The notes under the pieces: generated by a model
What the model was told of the DNA's origin: nothing
What the model saw: only the letters and a program-made list of their open reading frames with translations
Databases searched by the model: none
In this document: positions 47,986 through 57,809 of the stretch, piece after piece
How the letters are laid out: each line of letters starts with the position of its first letter
Position numbering within the stretch: position 1 is the first letter of the stretch
Assembly: GCA_023382385.1 (NCBI GenBank)
Contig: JAHDVH010000002.1
Coordinates: 136,219 to 200,218, forward strand
Direction: 5' to 3'
DNA from: a bacterium
GTDB taxonomy: Bacteria; Electryoneota; RPQS01
Length of the DNA stretch: 64,000 nucleotides
Program-made: the position numbers and the translations under genes

Positions 47986-48536
47986 TTCGTCTTGCCAACC
48001 CCGCTGATGCGGAAGCCTGTCTGCGGATTTATGCACCGATCATCGAGCGGACGGCTATCAGCTTTGAGTTGGTTGTGCCCTCCATCGAGACATTCGCCAA
48101 GCGCATCGAGACGACTTCGCGCGTCTACCCGTATCTGGTTTGGGAAAAAGATGGCGACGTGCGCGGCTTTGTCTATGCGACGCGTTATCGCGAGCGCGCG
48201 GCTTACGATTGGATTTGCGAGTCGGCAATCTATCTCGAAGAGAATATGCAGGGCAGAGGGCTCGGAAGGAAGCTCTACAGGAAGCTCTTCGAATGCCTGA
48301 GGGCAATGGGCATGGTTTCAGTCGTGGGCGGGATTCGTTCAGGCTCTCCAAGCGCGGAGTTCCATCGTCGAATCGGGTTCAAGCCGGTCGGCCGTATTCC
48401 CTACGCGGGTTTTAAGTTTGGCGAGTGGCACGACGTGGAGTTCTGGCAGTTCGAGTTGCAGCAACCTGTGCCCCTCTCCCCTGCTCCGCTTAAACCGTTT
48501 CCACAGGTTGCGCACCTGATTACTTTCGATGAATAA
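47982..48536 (+). CDS. GNAT-family N-acetyltransferase (phosphinothricin-acetyltransferase-like)
   Basis: Acetyl-CoA-binding motif 'MQGRGLGRKLYRKLFECL'. Confidence 0.8.
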   Translation: MIRLANPADAEACLRIYAPIIERTAISFELVVPSIETFAKRIETTSRVYPYLVWEKDGDVRGFVYATRYRERAAYDWICESAIYLEENMQGRGLGRKLYRKLFECLRAMGMVSVVGGIRSGSPSAEFHRRIGFKPVGRIPYAGFKFGEWHDVEFWQFELQQPVPLSPAPLKPFPQVAHLITFDE

Positions 48537-49305
48537 AGTCGCGTTGATTACCGGCGCGTCGGGCGGCATCGGACTGGAGTTAGCCAGAGTGTTTGCCCGC
48601 GACGGAGTGAATCTCGTGCTGGCGGCACGCAACCGCGAGAAATTGGATTCGCTTGCCGCAGAGCTAAGCAAAGCTCACGCAGTAGAGGTTCGCACCATTG
48701 CCGTGGATTTGAGCGAAGCCGGTTCAGCACAGCGGCTCTTTGAAGAAACCACGCGGGACAATCTTGAGATAGACTACCTGGTGAACAATGCGGGATTCGG
48801 GAAGTTCGGCAGATTCGTCGAGCTGCCGACGGAGGAAGTGCTGGCCATGCTCGAACTCAATTGCCGGTCACTGACTGTCTTGTCTCAGCTATTCGGTCGC
48901 ACGATGAACGCTCGGCGCTCCGGGAGAATTCTGAATGTCGCTTCGACGGCGGCATTTCTCCCCGGTCCCTTGATGGCTGTGTATTATGCAAGCAAGAGCT
49001 ATGTGCTCATGCTGTCCGAAGCCTTGAACAACGAGTTTCGCGGCAGCGGCGTGACAGTTACCTGCCTTTGCCCAGGGCCGACGCCGACAGGTTTTCAGGC
49101 GCGTGCCGGCAATCGTACATCCGGCGTGCGTGCCTTTGCTGCGACTTCGGCCGAACAGGTGGCGATGGCGGGTTACCGCGGGATGCTGAGAGGCAAGTCC
49201 GTCGTGGTTCCGGGAGTAGTGAACAAAGTAATTACTCTTGGTGTGCGCTGTTTGCCGCGTGATGTCGTCACTGCACTTTCCCGTTTTGTGTCCGAGTCGC
49301 GTTAA
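48529..49305 (+). CDS. SDR-family short-chain dehydrogenase/reductase
   Basis: 'ALITGASGGIGLELAR' Rossmann motif, 'NNAG', and the catalytic 'YYASKSYV' (Y-x3-K). Confidence 0.85.
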   Translation: MNKVALITGASGGIGLELARVFARDGVNLVLAARNREKLDSLAAELSKAHAVEVRTIAVDLSEAGSAQRLFEETTRDNLEIDYLVNNAGFGKFGRFVELPTEEVLAMLELNCRSLTVLSQLFGRTMNARRSGRILNVASTAAFLPGPLMAVYYASKSYVLMLSEALNNEFRGSGVTVTCLCPGPTPTGFQARAGNRTSGVRAFAATSAEQVAMAGYRGMLRGKSVVVPGVVNKVITLGVRCLPRDVVTALSRFVSESR

Positions 49306-49415
49306 GATTCTTTCAGAATAACTGCCACAAAGTCCTGCTTCACGTACTCTCTTTGTCAGGAACGGTTGGGTGTCGCCGTCCAAAGTCTAATTTCTCGAAA
49401 GATTCAGGAGGCGGC

Positions 49416-51611
49416 ATGCCGTTGTTGGGACTACTCTTACTCATGGTGTTTGCGGGAATTGCGGCAGCGGATCGGGACGGCTACGAAATCACCGCGCAAC
49501 TTCGGCGCGAACCGCTGGTGCTGGACGGCCGCCTCGAACCTGCGTGGTTCTCGGGCGGAAAAGCGGAGAATTTCGTGCAGCGCGAACCGGGCTATCCGGC
49601 ACCGTCTACGCTGGCATCCGAAGTATATGTTCTGTACGATGCGGATGCTCTCTACGTCGGCTACATGCTCTTTGACACCGCGCCGGACAGCATTCAAGGA
49701 CAGATTCAGCGACGCGACAACGATGCGAACTCGGATTTTGTGGACTTCTATTTAGATACTTTCCACGATCTGCGCAGCGGCTACTGGTTTACCGTCACGG
49801 CAGCGGGAGTGCAAGCCGAAGGCACGTTCTTCAGCGAAAACAATCTGAGCAATTCGTGGGATGCCGTGTGGGAATCCGCCGTGGCCCGAACGGATAGCGG
49901 CTGGAGCTGTGAGTTGCGCATTCCGTTTCAGATTCTGCGGCACGGCGGACCGCGCAGCGACGGGTGGGGAGTCGGATTTGCTCGCAAAATCTTTCGCAAG
50001 AATGAAGCGGGGTTTTGGCCGCCGGTAGATCCGGAAATCGGTTGGAAGGCTTCTAATATCGGCGTGCTGCACGGACTCGACAAAATCGCGCCCTCCGCGC
50101 ACGTCGAGATCCTGCCGCATGCGGTGGGCCGCTGGGATGCTCCAACAGGCGAACCTTGGCGAACGGAAAACGAATGGGAGAATCTCGGACTTACGGTCAA
50201 GTATGTCCCCTCGGCTGCGCTGAGTATTGACGCGGCCTATCAGCCCGACTTTGCGCAGGTGGACGTAGACGAGGCTGTGATAAATCTGTCCGACTATCCG
50301 GTGTTTCTGGAAGAAAAGCGGCCGTTCTTTCTGGAGTCGAAAGAATACTTTGAGGAGACTCCTTACCGCTTCGTCTACACGCGGCGCGTGACGGACCCCG
50401 ACTACGGCGGGCGAGTGAATGTCCAGCACGGGCGATTTAAACTCAGCGCACTGGCGGCAAAGAACCGTCTTTCCTATGGGGATATGTTCGGCGAACGGCA
50501 CGAGATTCTGCAGGACGCGGTGACCGGAAGGTCCTCTGTCGATTTTGCAAGGCGTCACCGGCTTGGAGTGACGTGGACGTATTTGAATCAAACCGGTTAC
50601 AGTTCCGCTGCGGCAGGCGTGGATGCGCGGTTCAGATTCAGAGAGCGGGATAGGCTGTGGTTTTGGTTGGCAGGAGTCGAGCGCTCTGGGGATCCCGATC
50701 AGCATTGGTGGCGCACGCACGAGGTGAAGGACGAACAGCCGGTGGAAGCACGAACGTCCTATCTACGAGATTGGGGACCGGTGCGCACAGATCTCGCGTT
50801 AGCCTATCGCGGCACAGACTTCGATATCAATGACTTGGGCTGGGGCGATGCGTCAAACACCATACGGCAGTCCTTCTGGTTGGGGGACAACTATTTTGTC
50901 AATAGCAGATATCTGCGTAACATCGGCTTCGATGTCAACGCGTTTCACGCAACGCTGACTGACCGCACGGCATCAGAAGGTTGGGCAAATTTCAACATTT
51001 TCGCCACGACCAGCTCCAATTGGAGCTTCGGCGGAGGTGGAGAGTGGGGCGATGTGTTCCGGCGACGCTACGTGGGACCTGCAGGCGGCGAGTTTCGCGA
51101 TAATTTCGGCAGCTTCGATCTCGAGTATTACAAGCACTTTTACCACTGGGCGTGGCTGTGGAGTGACGAAACCAAGCCATACCGCTACGGCACCGATGCG
51201 CGATACCGGAGCTTTCGCGACGGAGAGTTGGTCAATTTGGAGCCGGAAGCGTCTTGGCGACCACGTTCCAACATTGAACTCGCAGGCGGCATGTCATGGA
51301 ACCGCGTTTGGCATGCGCGGGATTTTGACGACCAGACAACGGACTTCCGCAATTGGATACTCAGAGGTGTATGGTCACCAAGTCTGCACATGTCGTTTCG
51401 CGGAACTCTGCAATGGATCGAAGAAAGTTACTTTCCCTCTGAAGTCGGGCTGTTTTTCGCCAATCTCCTGATGGCTTACAACTGGCATCCCGGCAGTTGG
51501 TTTTATTTGGTCTATGACGAATCCGCGCGCAGCATCGACCCGCTCGATAAGAGCATGCCCGGCGACCGCACGCTGCGTGCGAAGTTGACATATTTCTTCA
51601 CGGTGCCTTAA
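49416..51611 (+). CDS. DUF5916/CBM9-like domain secreted hydrolase-family protein
   Basis: Signal peptide 'MPLLGLLLLMVFAGIAAA'. The N-terminal 'LDGRLEPAW...YVLYDADALYVGY...DFVDFYLDTFHD' resembles the carbohydrate-binding-family-9-like / DUF5916 family. SD AGGAGG lies upstream. Confidence 0.7.
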   Translation: MPLLGLLLLMVFAGIAAADRDGYEITAQLRREPLVLDGRLEPAWFSGGKAENFVQREPGYPAPSTLASEVYVLYDADALYVGYMLFDTAPDSIQGQIQRRDNDANSDFVDFYLDTFHDLRSGYWFTVTAAGVQAEGTFFSENNLSNSWDAVWESAVARTDSGWSCELRIPFQILRHGGPRSDGWGVGFARKIFRKNEAGFWPPVDPEIGWKASNIGVLHGLDKIAPSAHVEILPHAVGRWDAPTGEPWRTENEWENLGLTVKYVPSAALSIDAAYQPDFAQVDVDEAVINLSDYPVFLEEKRPFFLESKEYFEETPYRFVYTRRVTDPDYGGRVNVQHGRFKLSALAAKNRLSYGDMFGERHEILQDAVTGRSSVDFARRHRLGVTWTYLNQTGYSSAAAGVDARFRFRERDRLWFWLAGVERSGDPDQHWWRTHEVKDEQPVEARTSYLRDWGPVRTDLALAYRGTDFDINDLGWGDASNTIRQSFWLGDNYFVNSRYLRNIGFDVNAFHATLTDRTASEGWANFNIFATTSSNWSFGGGGEWGDVFRRRYVGPAGGEFRDNFGSFDLEYYKHFYHWAWLWSDETKPYRYGTDARYRSFRDGELVNLEPEASWRPRSNIELAGGMSWNRVWHARDFDDQTTDFRNWILRGVWSPSLHMSFRGTLQWIEESYFPSEVGLFFANLLMAYNWHPGSWFYLVYDESARSIDPLDKSMPGDRTLRAKLTYFFTVP

Positions 51612-51661
51612 CGCTTTTCGGACGATTGGCCCGCGCTCCGGCACGACTTTATCCCGCACAA

Positions 51662-53170
51662 ATGTCTGAACATAACGAAACACAAGAACTCTCTGATCTC
51701 CTGAGACTGCGCCGCGAAAAGCTGGATACGCTCCGCAGTCACGGAGTCAACCCCTACCCGTATTCGTTCGCCAAGACTGTTCACATTCCGGAACTCATCG
51801 AGAAGTTCGAGAGTATTCAGGAAAATGAAGAGCACGCAGGACCCGAATTCGCCATCGCCGGCCGGATCGTGTCCGTGCGCATCATGGGCAAGGCTGCTTT
51901 CTGTCATGTGCGCGACGAATTCGGGATGATACAGGTCTACGTGCAGCGCGACCGCATCGGCGACGAAGCCTTCGCCCTGTTCAAGCTCTTTGACATTTCC
52001 GATTGGATCGGCGTGCGCGGCACGGCTTTCGTCACCAAGACGGGCGAAAAGTCGTTGCGCGCAATCGAAGTGGTGATGCTTTCAAAGAGTGTGCGTCCGC
52101 TGCCGGTCGTCAAGCAGCAGGGCGACGATGTGTTCGACGCGTTCACCGACAAGGAATCGCGCTATCGCCAGCGCTACATAGACCTTGCGGTGAATCCCGA
52201 GAATCGCGAAATTTTCCGCACTCGCGCAAGAATCATCAGTGCCGTGCGCGAATTCCTCGATGCGCGCGGCTATCTGGAAGTCGAGACTCCCGCGCTGCAG
52301 CCACTCTATGGCGGCGCGTTGGCGCGGCCCTTCATCACCCACTACAACGCCCTCGACCGTACGTTCTATCTGCGCATCGCCGATGAGCTATACCTGAAGC
52401 GGCTACTCGTCGGCGGTTTCGAGAAAGTCTATGAAATCTGCAAGGACTTCCGCAATGAGGGCATGGATCGATTCCACAATCCGGAATTCACGATGCTCGA
52501 GTTTTACGAGGCGTTCGCGGATTTCGAGATGATCATGAATCTCTCCGAGGAGCTCTTTCGCCACGTCGCGCGGCGCGCGCTCGGCACCACCGAAGTCACC
52601 TATCAGGGCAAGACTGTGGACTTCGGCAAGCCGTTTCGGCGGGTGAGATTTTTCGACTTGCTGAAGGAAGCGACGGGCAAGGATCTGCTCGGGATTCCGC
52701 TTGCGGAATTGGGCGAGATTGCCAAAGCACACGACGTCGAAATCACGCGCGAAATGGGCGAGGGCAAAATTCTGGACGAGATGATGAAGACGCTCGTGCG
52801 GCCCAAGCTGCTCGAACCGACATTCATCTATGACTATCCGCTCTCGCTGTCGCCGCTGGCCAAGAAGCATCGCAGCGACCCTCGTCTGGTCGAGCGTTTT
52901 CAACCTTTCGCACTGGGTTTTGAGTTGGGCAACGCCTTCTCTGAGTTGAACGACCCGATAGATCAGCGCGAGCGCTTCGAAGCTCAGCGCAAGCTCAAGG
53001 AAGCCGGCGACGAAGAGACTCAGCCGATTGACGAGGACTTTCTCGCGGCGCTCGAATACGGCATGCCCCCCACCGGCGGCATGGGTATCGGCATTGATCG
53101 TCTGACGATGCTCTTGACCGATCAGGATTCGATCCGCGAAGTGATTTTGTTTCCGCACTTGAGAAGCTAA
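51662..53170 (+). CDS. lysS: lysine--tRNA ligase (class II)
   Basis: Class-II motifs 'FRNEGMDRFHNPEFTMLEFY' and 'GGMGIGIDRLTML'; N-terminal OB-fold anticodon-binding domain. Confidence 0.95.
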   Translation: MSEHNETQELSDLLRLRREKLDTLRSHGVNPYPYSFAKTVHIPELIEKFESIQENEEHAGPEFAIAGRIVSVRIMGKAAFCHVRDEFGMIQVYVQRDRIGDEAFALFKLFDISDWIGVRGTAFVTKTGEKSLRAIEVVMLSKSVRPLPVVKQQGDDVFDAFTDKESRYRQRYIDLAVNPENREIFRTRARIISAVREFLDARGYLEVETPALQPLYGGALARPFITHYNALDRTFYLRIADELYLKRLLVGGFEKVYEICKDFRNEGMDRFHNPEFTMLEFYEAFADFEMIMNLSEELFRHVARRALGTTEVTYQGKTVDFGKPFRRVRFFDLLKEATGKDLLGIPLAELGEIAKAHDVEITREMGEGKILDEMMKTLVRPKLLEPTFIYDYPLSLSPLAKKHRSDPRLVERFQPFALGFELGNAFSELNDPIDQRERFEAQRKLKEAGDEETQPIDEDFLAALEYGMPPTGGMGIGIDRLTMLLTDQDSIREVILFPHLRS

Positions 53171-53238
53171 AGCTGTCCACTCCTCTTTTCATCGCCACAC
53201 GCTACCTGAGAGCTCGCACGCACGGCGGGTTTATCTCC

Positions 53239-54390
53239 TTGATAACCTACCTGTCGGTGGGTGGAGTGACCATCGGCACCGCCGCGTTGATCATTGTGCT
53301 TTCGGTGATGAACGGTTTTGAAACGGAAGTGCGGGCGCGGATTCTCGGCGCGGATGCGCATTTGCGGCTGGAGACGTTCAATCCAGAAGGATTGCCCGCG
53401 TGGGACGTGGCGCGCGACATCGTGCGCGAATCGCCTGACGTCACAGGAGTTGCGCCATACGTATTTGAAAAGGGGATGGTGCGCGCGGGGAAACGCTCTG
53501 AGGCGGCGGCGTTTCGCGGTGTGGATGAAGCTTCGTTGAGCGAAGTGTCCGATTTGCCGAAGCACATGCGCCGCGGTGAATTGATTCTTAAGCGTGACGG
53601 ATTGCCCGGCATCGTGTTGGGTCGTTTCCTTGCCGAACGTCTGGGCGTAGCGCCGGGCGATACGGTGGCCGTTTTCTCGCCCGCCGGGGTCACCGGCCCG
53701 CTCTCAACCCCGCAGGTCAAGCAGTTCGTGCTCTCCGGCATCTTTCAGACGGGGCTGTTCGAATTCGACGACGTGCTGGCCTATGTGGATCTCGAGACGG
53801 CGCAGAAGGTCTTTCTTCGCGGAGACAGAGTCGACGGTCTCGAAATCAAGATCAAGGACATCTTCGCGGCGGATCGTGTGCGCGAAGAGATTGAAGACAA
53901 GTTCAACGCGGAGTATTTCGTCCGCACGTGGCAGGAGTTGCGCTCCACCCTCTATTCATGGATGAAGATCGAGAAGTGGATGTGGACGATTATCCTGTCC
54001 ATTATCATCATCGTGGCGGCGTTCAATATTCTGTCCACGCTGATCATGGTTTCCATGGAAAAGCGCAGGGACATCGGCATACTGAAAGCGATGGGCGCGC
54101 GCGACCGCGACATCGCCGCCGTGTTTTCGTTGCAGGGACTGATCGTCGGAGTCAGCGGCGCGGTGCTCGGGACTCTGCTCGGATTCCTCGTGTGTTTCGG
54201 ACAGCTGCGATATAAATGGGTGTCCCTGCCTTCCGACATCTATTTTCTCGACGCGCTTCCCGTGCAGATGCAGCCGCTCGACTTTGTGATTGTCATCGTG
54301 ATTGCCATCACTCTCGCCTATCTGGGTTCGCTCTATCCGGCGCGCAAGGCTTCGCAGCTCTCGCCCGTGGAGGCAATTCGTGAAGGCTGA
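53239..54390 (+). CDS. lipoprotein-releasing system permease LolC/E family (FtsX-like); the true N-terminus probably lies upstream of the first canonical start (~53173)
   Basis: 'LSVMNGFE', a large periplasmic loop and a C-terminal FtsX 4-TM region. The conserved N-terminal helix 'LSTPLFIATRYLRARTHGGFISL' is encoded in-frame at 53173-53238 with no ATG, GTG or TTG. Confidence 0.85.
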   Translation: MITYLSVGGVTIGTAALIIVLSVMNGFETEVRARILGADAHLRLETFNPEGLPAWDVARDIVRESPDVTGVAPYVFEKGMVRAGKRSEAAAFRGVDEASLSEVSDLPKHMRRGELILKRDGLPGIVLGRFLAERLGVAPGDTVAVFSPAGVTGPLSTPQVKQFVLSGIFQTGLFEFDDVLAYVDLETAQKVFLRGDRVDGLEIKIKDIFAADRVREEIEDKFNAEYFVRTWQELRSTLYSWMKIEKWMWTIILSIIIIVAAFNILSTLIMVSMEKRRDIGILKAMGARDRDIAAVFSLQGLIVGVSGAVLGTLLGFLVCFGQLRYKWVSLPSDIYFLDALPVQMQPLDFVIVIVIAITLAYLGSLYPARKASQLSPVEAIREG

Positions 54391-55852
54391 GCTTGAACGG
54401 CAGGCCGTTCCCGGGTATGTGATCTTCGTGGTCGCCGCGGCGGCATTGTGTGTAAGAGTTCCCTATCTCGACTATAGTTTCTACGGCGACGAGGGTTTCT
54501 CGATCCTGCGCGACAGCAGCAGGTTGATTACGGATACCGAGGACCGCTTTCGACCGCTGTTCTTTGCATTGCTGTATGTGTGGCGGCAAATCGGATTTGA
54601 GGGAGAACTTGGCCTGCGGCTGCTTCCTCTGTTCTTTGGGATTCTGCAGGTGCCGTTGGCGTTCCTCGTGGGACGTAAGCTGCGCGACGACCGATTGGGT
54701 GTGATTCTGGCTGTGCTGGTTGCCGCGTCGCCGATGCTGATTGAGTTCTCGCAGGAATTGCGAATGTATTCGATGGTCGCGGCGATCGCGCTGACCCAAG
54801 CCTACGTGCTGCTGCTCCTGCTCGAGCGCTTTACTTGGCTGCGCTGGGCGGCGTTTGTCCTGATCGCATTAGCCGGAGTCTACACTCACCTGCTTTACTG
54901 GCTCTTTCTGGCGGGCACGGCAATCACGTTTCTGCGCGCGTACGGGCGAGTGCCGCTCTGGAAAGGCTGGGGCGCTTTGGCGGTAACGGTGCTCCTTTAC
55001 TTGCCTAATCTGCCGAATCTGCTGCGGTTTCAGGAGCGCAGAGGCGGTGAGTATATCATGGATTTCGCAAGTTCGCTGCCGAAACTTATCGCGGCGTTCA
55101 CTGTCGGCTTCAATTATTTCTTTCTGGGTGAACAGGGAGCGGGACGGGCGGTCGGCATCAGGGAATTGGTGATGAACCTGCCTTTAGCGATGATTGCCAT
55201 CGTCGCAGGGGGCATCGTGTTGTGGAAGTTTGTGTGGCTGCACACGCGCAGCGAAGGTAAAGACGGGCTATGGCTGGGACACGAGCTGTTTACCTTCCCC
55301 GTTCTGCTGGCCACGCTGGCCAGTGCAATCACAGGACAGTATTTCCTGCAGCCGAAGTATTTGATCTTCTCGACACCGTTCGCGCTGTTGTTCATCGCGT
55401 TGGCCTACGACGACCTGCGCAACCTTCGTGCGCGGCAGGTGTTGACTGCGCTGGGCGGATTGATCGTGGTGATCGCGCTGGTGCATTACTGGCAGCCCGC
55501 AAACTACGGACGCAAGGAGAATTGGCGCACGGCGGCGGAGATTCTCTCAACATCGGTCGGCGATTCAACCGCGCTGGTGCTTCTGCCTGGTCACTACAGA
55601 TTGTTGAACTACTACGCGCCGGGTATCCAGCAGCACTGGACCCAGCTTGACATACGGAACGATGAAGCTGAAACCGCCCGGAAGCTCTCGGAGCTTGCTG
55701 CGACGAAGCAATATATCTATTATTTGCGGCACGATGTTGTGCAGAATCTTCAGGACCCACAGGACAAAATTATACAGTATCTTGACCGTTCCGGCAAACA
55801 GCGGACGGCCACGCAACTGAATCCACGATTCAAACTTTATCGCTGGGGTTAG
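54380..55852 (+). CDS. GT-C fold membrane glycosyltransferase (ArnT/PMT-like, family 39/83-type)
   Basis: Multi-TM protein with a 'DYSFYGDEGFS' DE-type motif in the first periplasmic loop. Start tentatively at GTG 54380, overlapping the lolE-like stop; the raw ORF begins at 54302. Confidence 0.65.
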   Translation: MKAELERQAVPGYVIFVVAAAALCVRVPYLDYSFYGDEGFSILRDSSRLITDTEDRFRPLFFALLYVWRQIGFEGELGLRLLPLFFGILQVPLAFLVGRKLRDDRLGVILAVLVAASPMLIEFSQELRMYSMVAAIALTQAYVLLLLLERFTWLRWAAFVLIALAGVYTHLLYWLFLAGTAITFLRAYGRVPLWKGWGALAVTVLLYLPNLPNLLRFQERRGGEYIMDFASSLPKLIAAFTVGFNYFFLGEQGAGRAVGIRELVMNLPLAMIAIVAGGIVLWKFVWLHTRSEGKDGLWLGHELFTFPVLLATLASAITGQYFLQPKYLIFSTPFALLFIALAYDDLRNLRARQVLTALGGLIVVIALVHYWQPANYGRKENWRTAAEILSTSVGDSTALVLLPGHYRLLNYYAPGIQQHWTQLDIRNDEAETARKLSELAATKQYIYYLRHDVVQNLQDPQDKIIQYLDRSGKQRTATQLNPRFKLYRWG

Positions 55853-56332
55853 ATGTTACTTTCACGTCCCACTACCTACGCCATTCGTGCGGTGCTCTGC
55901 CTTGCCAGACACAATTCCGATCAGCCGTTGCTCGCGCCATCGATCGCCCAGGCGGAGCAACTGCCCTCATCCTTTCTCTCGAAGCTGCTGCGTTCGCTCT
56001 CCGAGGCGGGCATCCTTCAGTCGTCGCGCGGACCGGGCGGCGGCTTCAAGCTGGCGAAGCCGCTCGATCAAATCAGATTGCGGGATATTTCCGTGCTGTT
56101 TGACGGCGTGTCGCTGGCGAACGAGTGTCTGCTCGGTTATGGCAAGTGTGAAGATACGACACCTTGCCCCGTGCACAAACTCTGGGGACCGCGCAAACAG
56201 CAGGTCGAGGACTTTCTGAATACCACGACGATCGCGGACCTATTGGCGCTCGATACGCGCAGACTGGCTCCGATTCTGGAAGAACCCAAACGCGGCAGGC
56301 GACGCATCAAACCGCGACCCGGCGAAGCGTAG
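55853..56332 (+). CDS. Rrf2-family (IscR-like) transcriptional regulator
   Basis: wHTH 'SIAQAEQLPSSFLSKLLRSL' and the three-Cys cluster 'CLLGYGKCEDTTPCPVH'. Confidence 0.85.
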   Translation: MLLSRPTTYAIRAVLCLARHNSDQPLLAPSIAQAEQLPSSFLSKLLRSLSEAGILQSSRGPGGGFKLAKPLDQIRLRDISVLFDGVSLANECLLGYGKCEDTTPCPVHKLWGPRKQQVEDFLNTTTIADLLALDTRRLAPILEEPKRGRRRIKPRPGEA

Positions 56333-56369
56333 AGCTTCACAGAAGTTCGTTGGGGTTGAGATGGATACT

Positions 56370-56404
56370 AAGCAGGCCGCGCATACGCACGGCCCGCTTC
56401 TTTT
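56370..56404 (+). terminator. intrinsic terminator after the rrf2-family gene
   Basis: aagcaggcc/ggcccgctt stem (1 mismatch) followed by CTTCTTTT. Confidence 0.55.
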
Positions 56405-56421
56405 AGCTGTGTGGCAGTCGC

Positions 56422-56958
56422 CTATCTGCCGTCGGCAATGAAGAAGAGGTAGTATACATTGGCAACGATAGCGAGCTGTCCGGCCACCGAGGCGATATCG
56501 GCGACAAGCTGCCAGCCGGAGCCGTGAACGACGATCGTGTCTTCGGGTTTGAGGTCAGGTATCAACCGCTTTTCACCGGTCTTGGTATACTTGCGCACGT
56601 TAACTGTGATAACTTCTTGGGATCCGGTATCCTCGCTGCGCACAACCTTGACGTCCGAGAGTCGCGAGCGCGGGCTTGGTCCGCCGGCCAGCGACATCAG
56701 CGAAATCAAATCGGTCTTAGCGGGCACGTAATACTGCCCGGGCCGTCCGACCCGTCCCCAGATATTGACACGGATCAGCAATTCGTTCGACTCGTTCAGA
56801 TAGTACTTGCTGCCTTCACCCACGCGCCGCACCTGCGGGATCTTGTAGGGAACGGCCCCAACCTCAACACTCGACTGCGCGAGCAGAGGGGCAGTCACAC
56901 AGACGAGCAGCAGCGCGGAAATAACAGCGCGCACGTAGAAATTGTTAACCAGCCTCAT
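56422..56958 (-). CDS. polysaccharide export (Wza-like Poly_export/SLBB domain) periplasmic protein
   Basis: Signal peptide 'MRLVNNFYVRAVISALLLVCVTAPLLAQS'. 'YKIPQ...LIRVNIWGRVGRPGQYYVP..TDLISLMSLAGGP' is an SLBB fold pattern. Confidence 0.7.
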   Translation of the reverse strand: MRLVNNFYVRAVISALLLVCVTAPLLAQSSVEVGAVPYKIPQVRRVGEGSKYYLNESNELLIRVNIWGRVGRPGQYYVPAKTDLISLMSLAGGPSPRSRLSDVKVVRSEDTGSQEVITVNVRKYTKTGEKRLIPDLKPEDTIVVHGSGWQLVADIASVAGQLAIVANVYYLFFIADGR

Positions 56959-56974
56959 TGGGCCTCCAGTTTCC

Positions 56975-57808
56975 TCACTCCTGATAGACAAAAGTCGTAT
57001 AGACAGATGAACCAGCCAGCGCGACATCGTGCGTGTCGGAAGCGGCGAGGCTCACGGCGTTCAGTTGCCAAACATACGTGCAGTCATTCACCATTGGACC
57101 CGTAGCACCGCCCGAGCCAAGCCCGACGGAGTTCTGCTGGCCGTAGAGAATCACCTGATGGTCCCAGACGAGCGAATCCCGACCATACCACTGCGAATAG
57201 ACACGCAGCTTGTAATAGGACAGGAACGTGCTCACACCTCCGATGGGATAACTCCAGCTTAGCCGGTAGTCATCCGCCGCGAATCGTGAAACCGTCAGAT
57301 TGTACGGGTTCCACATTAACCGGTAATAAACGGAGTCGCTCCAGCCACTTCGATTGCCGGCTGTGTCGTAGGCCAGCACCTGCCACCAATATCCGCGCAT
57401 CGTTCCCTGATCATTTGGCGCAAGCGCGTTCGACGGATTGCCGAACTGATCAAACCCGCGATCAACCCACGACAGAATTTCCGTGTCCGGAATCTCCACG
57501 CCCACTGCAACGTCCGCAACGGTGATGGCATCGTTCGAACCTGTGTGTTCATGCCAGCGCCGGACCCGATAACCGACCACATCCGGCTCCGTATTGCGGT
57601 ACCATTCGAGCCTCACCCAGTAATTGCTTTCACTCGGAGTCGGCTCTGCGCGGATGCCTGACTGCGGATAGCTGGCGTCATCCGAACGCGGCACCAGCAC
57701 CGGGTTCTGCGGTGGAATGTTATCAGTGCTCTCTGTGTCATCGCCGCAGCCAACGAACACGGCAAAAACACATACGAGAATTGACAATGTCAGGACTTTC
57801 ATAGGCAA
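56975..57808 (-). CDS. hypothetical lipoprotein with FN3-like repeats
   Basis: 'MKVLTLSILVCVFAVFVGCGDD' lipobox; Trp/Tyr-rich beta-rich body. Confidence 0.5.
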   Translation of the reverse strand: MPMKVLTLSILVCVFAVFVGCGDDTESTDNIPPQNPVLVPRSDDASYPQSGIRAEPTPSESNYWVRLEWYRNTEPDVVGYRVRRWHEHTGSNDAITVADVAVGVEIPDTEILSWVDRGFDQFGNPSNALAPNDQGTMRGYWWQVLAYDTAGNRSGWSDSVYYRLMWNPYNLTVSRFAADDYRLSWSYPIGGVSTFLSYYKLRVYSQWYGRDSLVWDHQVILYGQQNSVGLGSGGATGPMVNDCTYVWQLNAVSLAASDTHDVALAGSSVYTTFVYQE

Positions 57809-57809
57809 C

